Made by a program: the position numbers and the translations under genes | NCBI RefSeq assembly: GCF_006345805.1 | Contig: NC_043021.1 | Coordinates: 18,042,001-18,106,000 of the forward strand | Length of the DNA: 64,000 nucleotides | DNA from: Octopus sinensis | Taxonomy: Eukaryota | Direction of reading: 5' to 3' | Notes under the pieces: generated by a model | The model's input: only the letters and a program-made list of their open reading frames with translations | Databases searched by the model: none | Told to the model about the DNA's origin: nothing | In this document: piece after piece, positions 27,221-40,984 of the stretch | Layout of the letters: every line of letters begins with the position of its first letter | How positions within the stretch are numbered: the stretch's first letter is position 1

Positions 27221-28039
27221 GTTTTGTTTTCTGGTACATTAGCACTTACAACAACTGGGCAGAGATCATACATTCGAGGTGAAAACTAAACACACACACA
27301 CACGCGTACAATTCTTACCATCTCTCTATCTCCCTCACCCTTTCTCTCTAGGTTTTTTTTTATTTTTTACAATCTCCCCCCCTTTCTCTCTCTTGTTCTT
27401 ACGATTTCGCCCTTTCTCTCTATATACAATTATTACGATTTCTCTCTCTCTCTCTCTACACACACATATATATATATATATAAGTATATATGGATATATA
27501 TTGTGTGAAATGTTTGGTAACAAATTGTTTTAAAGAGAGGAATCCTGTACTTCGTTCTTTTTTCTCTCTTCCGGTTTTCTCTTTTTTTCTCTCTCTCTCT
27601 CACTTTCACTCTTTCTCTCTCTCTCTCTGTTCTATATCTTTTCTCTCTATCCCTTCTCTGCATTTTCTTCCTCTTTCGCTCTCCTATACTCTCTCTCTCT
27701 CTCTCTCTCTCATGTAGTTCTTTTGTTGTCTCTCCATCTTTTTCCGTAGTTTCCTCCATTTCCCTCCTTTTCTTCTCGCTTTCTGTCTCTCCCCTCCCTC
27801 CGTTTGTCCCTCTCTACCTCTCTACCTCCCTCCCGTACTCCCTTTATCTCTCTCTCTCTCTCTCTCTCTTCCCTAATTCCTTGCCCTCGCCACATCAAAT
27901 CCCATTTACCTCCCCGATTCGTTCACTCGTCATTTTTCTCGTCTTCCCATCTTTATGAATGTGAAAGTTTGCTCTTTTCTCTGAATGTAAAAGAAATAGG
28001 CTTTAGTAGTAATAGTAGTAGTAGTAGTAGACTAACATA

Positions 28040-28200
28040 TTGTTGTTTATCCCCCAGTTCAGCCCTGGTAAAGTAAACCTGTGGTCAAAAGTATTCAAGC
28101 AACGACCGTCTCGTTTAAAGATAGTAGGGTATCATTTGAAGGAGACTTGACTGCTATATCTAGCAAATCGAGCAACCATGTCGACTCCCTTGTTGGCTCA
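28040..28200 (-). mobile_element. Representative copy of an old, very abundant retroposon with (AAC)n tail
   Basis: Motifs TTGTTTAGCCCCAGGTCAG / CCTATGATCAAAGG / GGGTGTGATTTGAGGGAGATTTGGCTGCTATTTCTAGC recur degenerately at about 1.9, 3.0, 11.9, 17.9, 19.2, 21.5, 25.1, 28.9, 39.8, 44.2, 47.2, 50.6, 57.1 and 58.0 kb. Confidence 0.7.
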
Positions 28201-31200
28201 TTCATATACTGCATGTTAACCCCAGATCAACCCTGACATTCCGCGCACGTCGATGATCAAAGACGTTCCCGCCATGACGACCATGTTATTTATTAAGGAT
28301 GTGCCGGACCGTTTTATCCTTCAATTCGATTTTTTTCTGTATTTAAAACGATAAGAGAAGAGTGTGTGAGTTGATGAGTGGACAATAGGCTGTTACTTCT
28401 AACAGATCGAGTAACTGCCGAGAAGGGTTCCCCGTGGTTCTCCGTGGTTCGTGTGGGCTCCCTTCGTTTCGTCTGCAAGGGCGGGCGATGCGGTGGTTTT
28501 GACGAAAGGGGGCGGGGGTCAGACGAGAATGGAAGTATTTTTTACAAAGCGAAAGCGAATCTGGTGCAAATTTGCTGATCATTAATTAAATGATGGTGAC
28601 GATGGCGGTGAAATGTAATACCTGGATATCCCCCCTCATCAAATTGATGTACTGCTACTTGAAACTACGGACTGCTGCTTCTCTCACTCGCACCATCACA
28701 CCCTCTCTTATCAATTCTACTACCATTATACCAATTTCCATCGCACCCACCACTCCCATACACATCTCTCTTTCCTTCCATCTTCTCACCCTCACCCCCC
28801 TTACACTTGATTCCGCTCAACATTACTGGACAACGAGAACAACAACAACAGCAACATCAATAACAACGGACAAGCTGTTGTCATATAGCTCCAGGTCAAC
28901 CCCGATCAAGTTGATCATAGGTCACTATGATCAAAGGTGTTCTACCCATGACCACCTCGTCCTGTTTTTTTCCCCTTTTTTTTGGAAATAATATATCTAG
29001 GATTATTTATTGGGTGTTGTTCTTTTTTTTTTTAAAGATGGGTGTGTGTGTTTTGAGGGATATCTGGCTGATATTTTTAGTAAATAAAAGTGATCACCCA
29101 TCATTGGTTCTACGTGCATGCTGTTGTTTATTTTGGGTGCAAAAGGATTTTCTGTCCATATCAATGTTCCATAGTTTTAGGGTTCCGATCCGATTCGACT
29201 TCCTTTTCAAAATCCTGTCGCTTCGTTTATTTCCAGTTGTCCATCTGGAAAAGAAATCGATTCCGATCAATCATTAATAATTAACCTTCCATTTTTACAA
29301 TCATTGAAGAAGTTTCTGTATACGTAAAAAAAAAAAAAAAAATTAAGATTCCCCCCCCCATTTTTAATTGGAAAAAAACCCCCAAACAAACAAATAAAAC
29401 AAAACAAAAAAAACGAAAACAAACCCTATTTAATTCGAAATCTTTTCCTCAGAATTTACGGCGTGTTAGGTCCCACCCTAACCTCTCTCTTCAAAAACAA
29501 ATGCCCCCCCCCGCCCTTCTTTACTTCCTTCTTGTCATTCATATATCTCCTCTCTCTCTCTATCTATCTATCTCTATCTATCTCCATCGCCGACCCCCCC
29601 CCCCCGTCTCCACTCTCTTTAATCGACGCCATTCTATATGTACCTACCTAACCAGTCTTCATCGTTAATACCAAAACCGCTTAAACGTCTCCAAAAGTGA
29701 CCTCAGCAAATCAATCAGCCAGTATGGTACATAAAACTACAATACACGGAACCAGCACGCACGCCTCACTCACAAACACACACACACACACACTAAGTCG
29801 ACCGTTTATTTACGGCACAACCACACCACACATCACACATTCAACCTTATCTTCCACTCATTCGCTCGTTTTCTTCTCTCCTCTGTCTTTCATTCACACA
29901 CGAACACACACACACACATCCGTAAAAATCTAGTATCTTGTTCCGATGTAAGAAATATTGTGAGGTGGGGGTATCATACTGCGTATGATCTGTATAGGTG
30001 TTCCGCTATTGTTTATAGATACAACTATGCTATATAATATGTTTGTGTCGACATGTTTCACACGTAATACGCACATTTGTATATATATGCAATAATTATA
30101 TATTTACACAATATGTTTAGAATGTAAGTAGCGACTGCTATTGAGTGCTAAGAAGCAATTGGTTGGTGTGCGTGTATGTATATATATATATATGCTTAGA
30201 TGTATATATAACTATATATGTATGTATATAGCTGCGACCAGATTTATTTATCGACATCATGTTATCTCATATTTATACACTCCGGCATTTCCTCTGTAGC
30301 TTCACTTCACTTCACTTCATTCAGTCGTAGTGGCCTCTTACTTCCTTCATATTTTCCCTCTTCCTTCACTTTCCCCCCCACCACTCGTACAACCTCTATT
30401 TCCTCCTCCTCCTCCACAATCTCTCTTTCTTTCTCTCTCTCACACTTTATGCCAAATCAACTTCCCACCTTTCCACTTGTATCCCTTCAAATGTATTGCA
30501 CACACACACACACAAACATGCGTGTTTTGAGTAATTTCTTTTTATATTTAAATAAAAGGTTGTGACATGTGGCTTCTCCGAGGGCAGCAAGCAACATGGA
30601 AAATATGTCCAAAATTTCTCAGTACACTCACACACACATATATATATATACAGAGAGATAGAGAAAGCATATATATATATATATATAGTTCGTGAACACA
30701 TGTCTCGTGTATGAGGACTTGCCGAGGAAATACGTTTAGTGTGACAAGGGAAGTAAATAGCAGCCTTTACTGGCGGGAGTCAAGTTACCTCCCTTTATAC
30801 ATTTGACGTTTTCCGTTAGCTTAGCATGTACACACACACACACACACACACTGTCTGTTATTCTCGTTAAGTGCAGCTATTTAGGAATTAGTGTGTCGTA
30901 GTCATCCGCAGAGTTTTTAAGCCTTGGACAGGAGGGTGTAACTGAAACCCTTCTCTTCTACTTTTCACCTTCTACCCTTCCCTACCACCACCACCACCAC
31001 CACCACCACAGAACTAGCCTCCCCTCCTCCTCTCTCTCTCATCCATTTGTAGTTTTTTTTTTGTTTTTTGTTTTTTTTTTTCATGGCTCAGTTCTAACAA
31101 TTTGCTTGGTAAGTAGGTACGTTAGTGTGATGGTTGTGGTGGTGGTGGTGGTGGGGGAGGGGAGACGATAGTCGTTAGTGAGTAAAGTAGCTGCGAAAAG

Positions 31201-33053
31201 ATGTGGTGTTGTTGGTGGTGGTGGTCGTGGTGGTATTGGTGGTGAGTGTTAATGAGGATGGGAAGTAACAGGCCGTCACTCGCTGTTGGAATGGTTTATA
31301 CATTCTCTCTCTCTCTGTCTCTCTGTCTTTATTTCTCCCCCCCCCTTTTATTTCTTTTTTCTTTTTCTCTCTCTGGTGAAGAAACAACAACCATAGGGGA
31401 GAGAGAGTGAGTGAGTGAGAGAGAGAGGTGGTGGGGTGCAGGTGTGGCCTACATGTTCTCCACATGTTCCAAAGATTCATCATATCACAAAACCTCCTGT
31501 CCTCCACCTCCATTTACCATCTCTTTTCCTTTTCCTTTTCCTCTTTAAAAAAACAAAAAAAAAAACTGTTCTTCTCTGTCTCACCCACATCTCTTTCTTG
31601 TTTTACCCACCTTGTTCTCTCTCTCTCCATCCTCTTCTTTCCCTCTCACTAAAGATGCCTCACTCCATCTCTTTTTATTTCTTCTTTTACCCGCCCCCCA
31701 CACTTCCCGGTCTTTCTTTGTATCTCTTCCCCTTTTTTTCCCCTTTTAATCTCACCTCTCTTGTTTCTCTTTTCCTCTCCCCCCTTTATGTCTCCTTTCC
31801 CTCCGTCTCTCTTCACCATTCTCCCTTGTCTCTCTCTCTCCAATCCTTTCCCCTTTCTATATCTCAGTGACAGCATCTCTTCACTATCTATATTCTGTCT
31901 TACATCAATTGATGGAGGTACAAATACTATAACACCAACTACAAAATACTGCCATGCAATATGCTTTTCATTCTATCACCCATTACTCTCCATCTCTCTT
32001 TGCTCTTCTCCATTCCAGCTCTTCCTCTCCTTTTCCACCTCCTTTCTCTCTTCCCTTCTCTCTCTCCCAGTGTCACGTACTTTACTCATTGTGCAACCAC
32101 CCCTCTCACACTTTTTCTCCATATTCTTATGCCACTCATTATCTCTCTCGTCACTCTTCCTTATACTTTCTCTCTTACACAAACCCACTCCGTCACATCC
32201 CACCGCATTCTAATTTTATCATCATGGTCACTTCTAATTGAAGCTACTCCGAAATCATCAGTTGATTACCACTTTTGAAAAAGACGTACAACTATCAACA
32301 TCACACAATTTTCCCTCTCACGTGTGTCTTTCTCTCTCTCTTATGCACACACACTAATACACACATGCATATACACACACCTCTGAACATCCACTTCTGT
32401 GCTAGCACGGTTCAGGCGGCATTTTTGGGGGCAAAGTTTTTCTTTGTTTTTTTGTTTTTTTGTTTTTATGGCTAGATACCCATCCAGCCCTCAGATAGCT
32501 CCTATTTCCTCTTGATTGCAATAGCCAACAAATTCAACAACCAGACCTGTTTTCATGGCAGATGTAAACAAAGACATCGTGTGTTGTTTACATAGTGCTC
32601 AGGCGGCCGGATATGTTTTAACGGTAGAATTAAACAATGACACCGTCTACATGGTTACAGTGTTTATGCAACGTGTAACCAATGCCAAGGTAGCAGGAAG
32701 ACACACACACATCCCTCCTCACACTCGCATGCATACATTCATAGATATACCCCGTCAACCAACATCGGGGTCAAGGCATTATTGAATCAGAGTCTATAGA
32801 TAGTCATGGTGTGATGGACTGCCAGAATTGTTGGCCTGTTGGACCAAAAGTCTCTTGCAGTGCTGCTTCTGGACTTGAACCTTTCAAGTCCTGCTTAAAT
32901 GGACATTACCTTTCATCATTCCAGGATGCTTCATATAAGTACCAGTTGAATACTGGTGTCTATATAATCAGTTACTCTACTGACTGATCTGCTCTGATCG
33001 CTAAAATGTCAATCAATAGATTTTATTTATTTGCATTTCTGAATAAATAAATT

Positions 33054-33460
33054 GGCGCAGGTGTTAAGCTATGCTGGTAAGAAGCTTTCTTCTCAACAAG
33101 ATGTTTCTGGGTTCAGTCCTACTGCGTAGCACCTTGGCAATTGTCTTTTACCATAGCCTTGGGCCGATCAAATCCTTGTGAGTGGATTTATACACGGAAA
33201 CTGAAAGAAGTCTGTCATGTATATATGTGTGTGTGTGTATATATTTATGTGTGTGTGCGCCTTTGTGTCTGTATTTGTCCCCCCACCATTGCTTGACAAC
33301 CAATGTTGGTGTGTTTATATTCCCGTAACTTAGCGGTTCAGTAAAAGAGACCGATAGAATAAGTACTTACAAAGAATAAGTTCTGGGGTTGATTTCTTTG
33401 AGTAAATGTGGTGCTCCAGCATGGCCACAGTCAAATGACTGAAACATGTAAAAGAGTAAA
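33054..33460 (+). mobile_element. SINE family B
   Basis: Collinear; shows CpG decay. Confidence 0.88.
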
Positions 33461-33740
33461 TAAATAGCAAAGATCAAAATATGTACCCCCCACCCCTTGC
33501 ATCTAAACTATTTATTGATCGTTAATCATTGTCAGTAATTTCTTCCTACAAGATCTCAGTATTTACCTGCTTAAAGGGCAGTTGATTGGCAAAACCCTTT
33601 TCGTGATTCTGTTCCTCCGGCCTTTTATATTTTGAATTCAAATCCTGTTTGATTTGTCTTTCACCTGAATAGGTATTTTACTACCCCAACCCTATTGGTC
33701 AAGTATTCTTCCCTTCCTCTCAAATTTCTGGTCTTGTACT

Positions 33741-34139
33741 TCAGGAGTGGCTGTGTGGTAAGTAGCTTGTTTACCAACCACATGGTTCCGGGTTCAGTCC
33801 CACTGCGTGGCACCTTGGCCAAGTGTCTTCTACTATAGCCTCGGGCCGACCAAAGCCTTGTGAGTGGATTTGGTAGACGGAAACTGAAAGAAGCCCGTCG
33901 TATATATGTATATATATATATATATATGCGTGTATGTGTTTGTCCCCCTAGCATTGCTTGACAACCGATGCTGGTGTGTTTATGTCCCCGTTACTTAGCG
34001 GTTCGGCAAAAGAGACCGATAGAATAAGTACTGGGATTACAAAAGAATAAGTCCCGGGGTCGAGTTGCTCGATTAAAGGCGGTGCTCCAGCATGGCCGCA
34101 GTCAAATGACTGAAACAAGTAAAAGAGTAAAAAGAGAGA
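33741..34139 (+). mobile_element. SINE family B
   Basis: Near-identical to 23393-23806. Confidence 0.92.
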
Positions 34140-34662
34140 GTATATTAAGAATCACTATTGCTTGCTTAAAACTTCAACAAAATATCTTGAGTAGGCAGGA
34201 AGTTACTTGTTACATCTTCATTTATGAATTTTGGGTTTTTTTTTCATGTCATATTATAGGAAACCCCCTCTCTATGCCCAATCCCATCCACACACAGCCT
34301 CTCTTGTTACTCTCTGGTCATGGTATCTGCATTGTGTAACTTAAAGCCTATTTTAGTCTTCTTCTTCCTGTCAAGGAGAGGTGAGGGAGTAACCTATATA
34401 TGTGGTTGCTCAACCATGTAGACCCACACTACGTTGTTTTAAGAAAGGGAGGAGGTGCACATTGAATCAGATTATTCTGTCAAATGTAATACTTTTTTAT
34501 TCACATTACTTTGGATTAACCGTGTATTATCTTGTGGTTTTCATGTTTCAATGATATTAGTGTTTACTTTTAGAATAACATTGTAGGGTAGGTGTGAAAG
34601 GTGAGATCCGGCCGGTTTTCTTTCTTTTTCTTTTCTTCTTTTTCTTTCTTTTTCTTTTTTTT

Positions 34663-35040
34663 TCTTTTTACTTGTTTCAGTCATTTGACTGCGGCCATGC
34701 TGGAGCACCGCCTTTAGACGAGGAAATCGACCCCGGGACTTATTCTTTGTAAGCCCAGTACTTATTTTATCAGTCTCTTTTGCCGAACCGCTAAGTGACG
34801 GGGACGTAAACACACCAGCATTGGTTGTCAAGCAATGCTAGGGGGACAAACACAGACACACAAACACACACATACATATATATACATATATACGACAGGC
34901 TTCTTTCAGTTTCCGTCTACCAAATCCACTCACAAGGCATTGGTCGGCCCGGGGCTATAGCAGAAGACACTTGCCCAAGATGCCACGCAGTGGGACTGTG
35001 GTTGGTAAGCAAGCTACTTACCACACAGCCACTCCTGCGC
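34663..35040 (-). mobile_element. SINE family B
   Basis: Reverse copy with a small head deletion. Confidence 0.9.
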
Positions 35041-35704
35041 CTTTGAATAATAAACAGGTAGAATATTTAAGCCGGATATTACCAGTTGTAATGCTAAAGG
35101 TTTAAATGATGCAGTCTTAAGTACTTTGTAGCTGGGGAAAATGACAAGACTGTCCCAATTAGAACGTTATATTTGATCGTAATTCTGCAAGATCAAGGTT
35201 GATCTGGGGTTAAACAATTTAGAATTAGAGCAAAGTAAGATTCTGTGGTGCTAAAAAAAAAACAGATTGTGAATTGTGAAGGGAAGGGAATTTTGATACT
35301 ATGGGTAGGGCCTTCTTTTAAAGCTGTTAGGTTTGATATATTTTGTTATGAACCAAATAAAAGAATCCCTATGTGATTATCTGAACTGCTAGAAATAACC
35401 ATCAAATTCCTTCAAATCACACCATATTGAAATAAAGCAGGACATTTGTAAAAAAAAAAAATAACAAGAGAAAGAGAGAGAGAGATTAAAAGATGGGACA
35501 CCTTCTTGATGGATTAGTCAGAGGAGAAAGAGCAGCATCAGTGACTGTTTTTGCAGGGTCCTGGAGACTGGAAGGATGAAAAGGCGGAAACATTTAGGAC
35601 TCTCGGACTGTCCTCTGACTGGATACCTAGTCTGAATATCTGCAACCTAGTCAACTCTGCCAAAGGCACTCAAAGACTAGATGGCAATGTGGTCATAAGA
35701 TATG

Positions 35705-35930
35705 TATTTCTTTACTACCCACAAGGGGCTAAACATAGAGGGGACAAACAAGGACAGACAAATGGATTAAGTCGATTACATCGACTCCACTGCGTAACTG
35801 GTACTTAATTTATCGACCCTGAAAGGATGAAAGACAAAGTCGACCTTGGCGGAATTTGAACTCAGAATGGCAGACGAAATACGGCTACGCATTTCGCCCG
35901 GTGTGCTAACATTTCTGCCAGCTCGCCGCC
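35705..35930 (-). mobile_element. SINE family A
   Basis: TSD GTCATAAGATATG at 35692-35704 and 35936-35948. Confidence 0.9.
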
Positions 35931-36039
35931 TTGTTGTCATAAGATATGGACAGGCAGTGGCTAGGAGAGATGGTCATGGGGCTACCTATGGGTCATGCTA
36001 ATCCATGTATGCTATTGCTTGCTGTCAGTAAATAAATAT

Positions 36040-36235
36040 TGGTTTCAAATTTTGGCACAAGGCCAGCAATTTCAGTGAAGTTAGGCTAGTTGATTACATT
36101 GACCTCAGTACTCAACTGGTACTTATTTTATTGACCCCAGAAGGATAAAAGGCAAAGTCGACCTCAGTGAGATTTGAACTCAGAACGTAAAGCTGGATGA
36201 AATGCTGATGAATATTTTACCTGCTTGCTGCCTTC
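36040..36235 (-). mobile_element. SINE family A variant (GGCCTTGTGCCAAAATTTGAAACC tail); further copies at 49633-49846(-), 51550-51757(-), 54344-54548(+), 56454-56665(+)
   Basis: Same head and central block as family A with a different 3' end. Confidence 0.8.
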
Positions 36236-36357
36236 ATCAGTAAATAAATATTACAAGCCCCAGTGCATCACTGTACCTGGTGGTGTTGTGTTAAGATGGC
36301 TCTGCCAGTTAGTAGTGTTGGGTTGTGCAATGGATTAAATCTACCACTTATCGTAAA

Positions 36358-36743
36358 CTAGCAGTATCGCCCGGTGTTGCTCGGGTTTGTAAGGGAAATA
36401 GCTATAAAGCATTTTTAGAGAGTTATAGCCCAAAATATAGCAAAAAATGCATTAAAAATGGAAAAAAAATTATGGTAAACTTTTTTGAGAGTTAAAAAGG
36501 TTGAGTTACGTCCCCTAGACAGTCTTTGGTTTGTGTTTCTGATTCTCGACCCCATGTCGAATTAATCAATTTTTTTCAGAACTGGGGGAACTTTTCAAAA
36601 TTTTCGCTGCGTTAGTTTTGAATTATGACATTGGGCTATGTGTGTGTCAAGTTTCATCAGAATCGGTTGAAAGCCGTGGTCAGGGTGAGGGTACAACCTG
36701 ACAGACACACATACAGACAAACTGCCATTTATATATAGAGAGA
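36358..36743 (-). mobile_element. Non-autonomous Helitron
   Basis: On minus strand: 5' TCTCTCTATATATAAA, 3' hairpin CCCGAGCAACACCGGG then CTAG; inserted between A and T. Confidence 0.88.
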
Positions 36744-36953
36744 TTAGCTGTAATTGCAATGTAATTGCAGGATGTTGAGGCAGCTGCATGATGTGTCTCT
36801 ATTCTTGCCACGAATATAGCCCGATTGTTTCTAGTTACGATGGGACAGCCACATGTTGCTGTATCAGTAAACTTGCTATAAACTCCTAGCAGTATGTCCC
36901 TTCCACAATATTATTATTAATTGCTGTTGTTATTTTTGAAACACCAGCATAGT

Positions 36954-37665
36954 TTAACCTTTTCATTACCAACCCGGCCAAAACCGGCTCTAGCTCTGTA
37001 GTACAAATGTCTTGTTTTCTTAAGTTCTGAATTAAAATCTTCCACCAAACCTTAGTCACAATTTATGTTCCTAACACTAGCTGAATGATAACGAAGTTAT
37101 TTTACTAAATTCTTTGTGATATTTAAAGTAATTGAAGGAAACACAGAGCATCGCAACAGAAATACGGTAACAAAAGGGTTAACAAATGATTAATTTAACC
37201 CTTTCGTTACCAACCCGGCTGAAACCGGTTCTGTCTCTTTAGTACAAATGTCTTGTTTTCTTAAGTTCTGAATTAAAATCTTCCACCAAACCTTAGTCAC
37301 AATTTATATACCTAACACTAACTGAATGATAACGAAGTTATTTTACTAAATTCTTTGTGATATTTAAAGTAATTGAAGGAAACACAGAGCATCTCAACAG
37401 AAATATGGTAACAAAAGGGTTAACAAATGATTAATTTAACCCTTTCGTTACCAACCCGGCTGAAACCGGTTCTGTCTCTTTAGTACAAATGTCTTGTTTT
37501 CTTAAGTTCTGAATTAAAATCTTCCACCAAACCTTAGTCACAATTTATGTTCCTAACACTAACTTAACAATAACTAAGTTATTTTACTAAATTCTTTGTT
37601 ATATTTAAAATTAATTGAAAGAAACGCAGAGCATCTCAACAGAAATATGGTAATGAAAGGGTTAA
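36954..37665 (+). mobile_element. Three tandem piggyBac-type MITEs (241-bp period)
   Basis: Each unit TTAA-CC(C/T)TTT...AAAGGG-TTAA; identical junction TTAACAAATGATTAATTTAA occurs twice. Confidence 0.9.
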
Positions 37666-37876
37666 CTCCACGTGCAATGATAAAATCTTCTGTTAAATGT
37701 TTTATGGGTGTTGTCAGTTACTTGTTCACACAGCCTAAGAAACACCGTTTTCATTCATCAGCTGAACCAGTCATCACCTCAGACCAACCAACAAACCCCA
37801 CTCACAACATAAACAGTTAATGGTTAAAAACAGGAAGAACAATTTGAAAACTGATGTTTCTTCTGCTTTCTTCTTT

Positions 37877-38277
37877 CTCTCTTTTACTTGTTTCAGTCAT
37901 TTGACTGCGGCCATGCTGGAGCACCGCCTTTAGTCGAGCAACTCCACCCCGGGACTTATTCTTTTTGTAAGCCCAGTACTTATTCTATCGGTCTCTTTTG
38001 CTGAACCGCTAAGTGACGGGGACATAAACACACCAGCATCGGTTGTCAAACAATGCTAGGGGGACAGACACACAAACATACACGCACACACATATATATA
38101 TATATATACATATAAACGATGGGCTTCTTTCAGTTTCCGTCTACCAAATCCACTCACAAGGCTTTGGTTGGCCCGAGGCTATAGTAGAAGACACTTGCCC
38201 AAGATGCCACGCAATGGGACTGAACCCGGAACCATGTGGTTGGTTAGCAAGCTACTTACCACACAGCCACTCCTGCA
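37877..38277 (-). mobile_element. SINE family B
   Basis: Full-length reverse copy. Confidence 0.92.
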
Positions 38278-38849
38278 CTGTGTTCTTTCCCCTTACATAA
38301 CTTCCAACAATGTTCTTGTGGTATGGTGGTGATGTGACTACTCTAAAGCATGGTGATGTAGTGACCTACCAAGAGGATTTTTCTTAGCTCCACCTTGATT
38401 ATTCTCAACCACTCTTGTACAATGTGAGAAGCCATGCGTTTCTTCTACAGCAAGAAACTTGTCCCGGCTCCTTCTTTATTGTTTTAGTCTCTCATTACTT
38501 GGCATAAAGCTGCCTCTGTCTTTACTGTTGTCCCATTCAAGCAAAAAAAGATCTAAGTCTTGTAATCTCCCTAATGCTAAAAGCATCTAGTACATCCTCT
38601 GAAGTGGCTGATATTAAGACAGGCATCCAGCCACAGAAACTATACCAAAGCAGACTTTGCAGCACAGCACAGTCCTGTCAAACCATCCATCCATGCCAGC
38701 ATGGAAGACTGACATTGCAACATGGTGCCAATCTTTTAACCTCCAAATATATATTTTCTTTTGGTTGCTTCCATATTCACTCTATAAATGCTTGATTATG
38801 ACCTTATTACTTAATATTATTTATATCTTTCCTTTCACATTCTTTCTAA

Positions 38850-39250
38850 TCTTTATATATAAAAGTGAGGTTGTGTGCTGTCTTTCTCCTACGATTTAGA
38901 TTCCTAACTACTCCCACATTTTGCGGTGCAGTTTAACCAAACCTGGGTATCTTATAGTCGTGATTCATATCGAGCCCTTCTGGGTATTAGCGTGCGTCTG
39001 CGATGAGTCTACGATTTTAAAAATAATTTACCATCATTTTTTTCCATTTTTAATGCATTTTTTCGCTATTATATAAGGGAAGTAACTCCCTAAAAATGTC
39101 TACGATGAGTCAACGATTTAAAAAAAAATTTACCATCATTTATTTTCCATTTTTAATGCATTTTTTTGCTATTTTTTGGCTATAACTCTCTAAAAATGCT
39201 TTATAGTTATTTCCCTTACAAACCCGAGCAACGCCGGGCGATACTGCTAG
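38850..39250 (+). mobile_element. Non-autonomous Helitron
   Basis: A|TCTTTATATATAAAAG ... CCCGAGCAACGCCGGGCGATACTGCTAG|T. Confidence 0.9.
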
Positions 39251-39658
39251 TAATTAATATTTATACATTTGTGTTCTTTCACTTCATCTTGTGTACAGGA
39301 GTATGTTACAACATATTTTCCCCACCTTTGTTCCTCTTCAATTAACTCACTCACCTCCATTCTTATGCTTTCATCTATTGTCTCTGTTCTAATTAGATTC
39401 ATCTATCTCCTCTGTACCTAATTATAGATCTACCAGTACTTTTCTTGTCATCCATCTTTCTCCATCCCACCACACTCCTGCTACCCTTTACATCCTCCTC
39501 TTCTTTTCAGTTTAAAAGTCCTTCACTCAAATTTTAAAATCCCTTAATTTCAAATAGTCCCTCACGTTTTTTAACTATAAATTTTACCAACTAAATACTT
39601 CATTCATTTGAAAACCCCATACAGAGTGAAACATATGGCCACCTATAATAAATATTTA

Positions 39659-39713
<55 letters not shown>

Positions 39714-40593
39714 CTCTCTCTTTTTTTAATGGTTCACAAGCACTTCAAACCTGCAAAAGCTGTTACTGTAGTTACACTCCTGATCCATCAGCCCCAAAAT
39801 CAAAGCTGTTCCAGTATGATCATCTAACTTTTCTGTGTATGAAGGACTGCACTGTCCAACATGTCCTTCTTTTTTTTTATATCAGAGTGATTCAGCTGCT
39901 ATTTCTACCAGATCAATCAACTATGTAGAGGTTCCCTTCCAGGTCTTCCACAATTTGTGAATTTGATACAGTTGGTAATCAATTTGAGTATCCATTTTAT
40001 CTCCTCTTGCCATAAAGATGACAGCTATTTTACTGAGATTCATTAGGATAATTCATTATGACTATATAATTTTTACTGTAATTTCATTTAGTTTCATTTA
40101 CATTTGGTTAAATGTTTAAATAATGGAGAACAAAAATCAATAGTTCCCAATAATTAAACATGTTTCTATTAGAACCCTGCTAGGTTGATTTTTGCCTTTC
40201 ATCTTTTCACATTTCAATAAAATAAAAAAAACCCAGTTCTGGTCCTAGTTTTGATTATATTGATGCTACTCCTTTCTGAGTCAGATCCCACCTAGGTCAA
40301 CTTTACCTTTCATCTTTCTGGGATCAATAAAATAATATTAAAAAAAAAACATTAAAAAAAAATCTCAATGAAGAAGTGTAGTGTTGATCCTACAATACCA
40401 CCTTCTCCAATTTTTTTAATCTTGTGTCTAAGTTAGAAATTAATTATAAATTTTATTTTTAAAATATCTTGCTTACTGAGCAAATTTGAATTAAAAAGAA
40501 AAAAAACGTTATGCTGACAACTAGTGTTATGCTCCACTTAGCATGTAAGGCGATAAAGTATAAATCATGGCAGTTGTGATCAAAAGGAATATA

Positions 40594-40984
40594 TCTATAT
40601 ATATAAAACTGAAGTTGTCTGTGTATGGCAGGTTTGGTAGCCTTCAACTAACACTATCTCCTCTTAGACCCTGCAGCGCAAGTTGACCAAAATTGAGAGT
40701 ATGATAGAAGAAGGCTTGTTCTTCATTCCGTAGAAGAAAAAATTCAAATCGGACCATGTTAAGACCAAAAATTATTTACATAAAAAAGGTGCTTTTTTTT
40801 CTATGAGAATCCCTATTTTTTTACGATTTTTTGACTGCTGTGTCGCCATTTTTCGGTGTACTTCAACCAGAAAAATGTTCACTTAAAGAGAATAACAAGC
40901 TACATAATGCAAAATTTTTACTTTTCAAAAATTCCAATTCTAAAGGGTCGAAACAAACCTGAACAACACTGGGCGATACTGCTA

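Noticed and set aside
26755-27900. Long Ser/Leu- or Arg/Glu-rich ORFs
   Set aside because: Products of (CT)n/(GA)n tracts
31081-31115. Consensus donor TTG|GTAAGT after ATGGCTCAG
   Set aside because: The ATG frame stops after 4 codons and no exon start can be defined; a lone donor match is expected by chance
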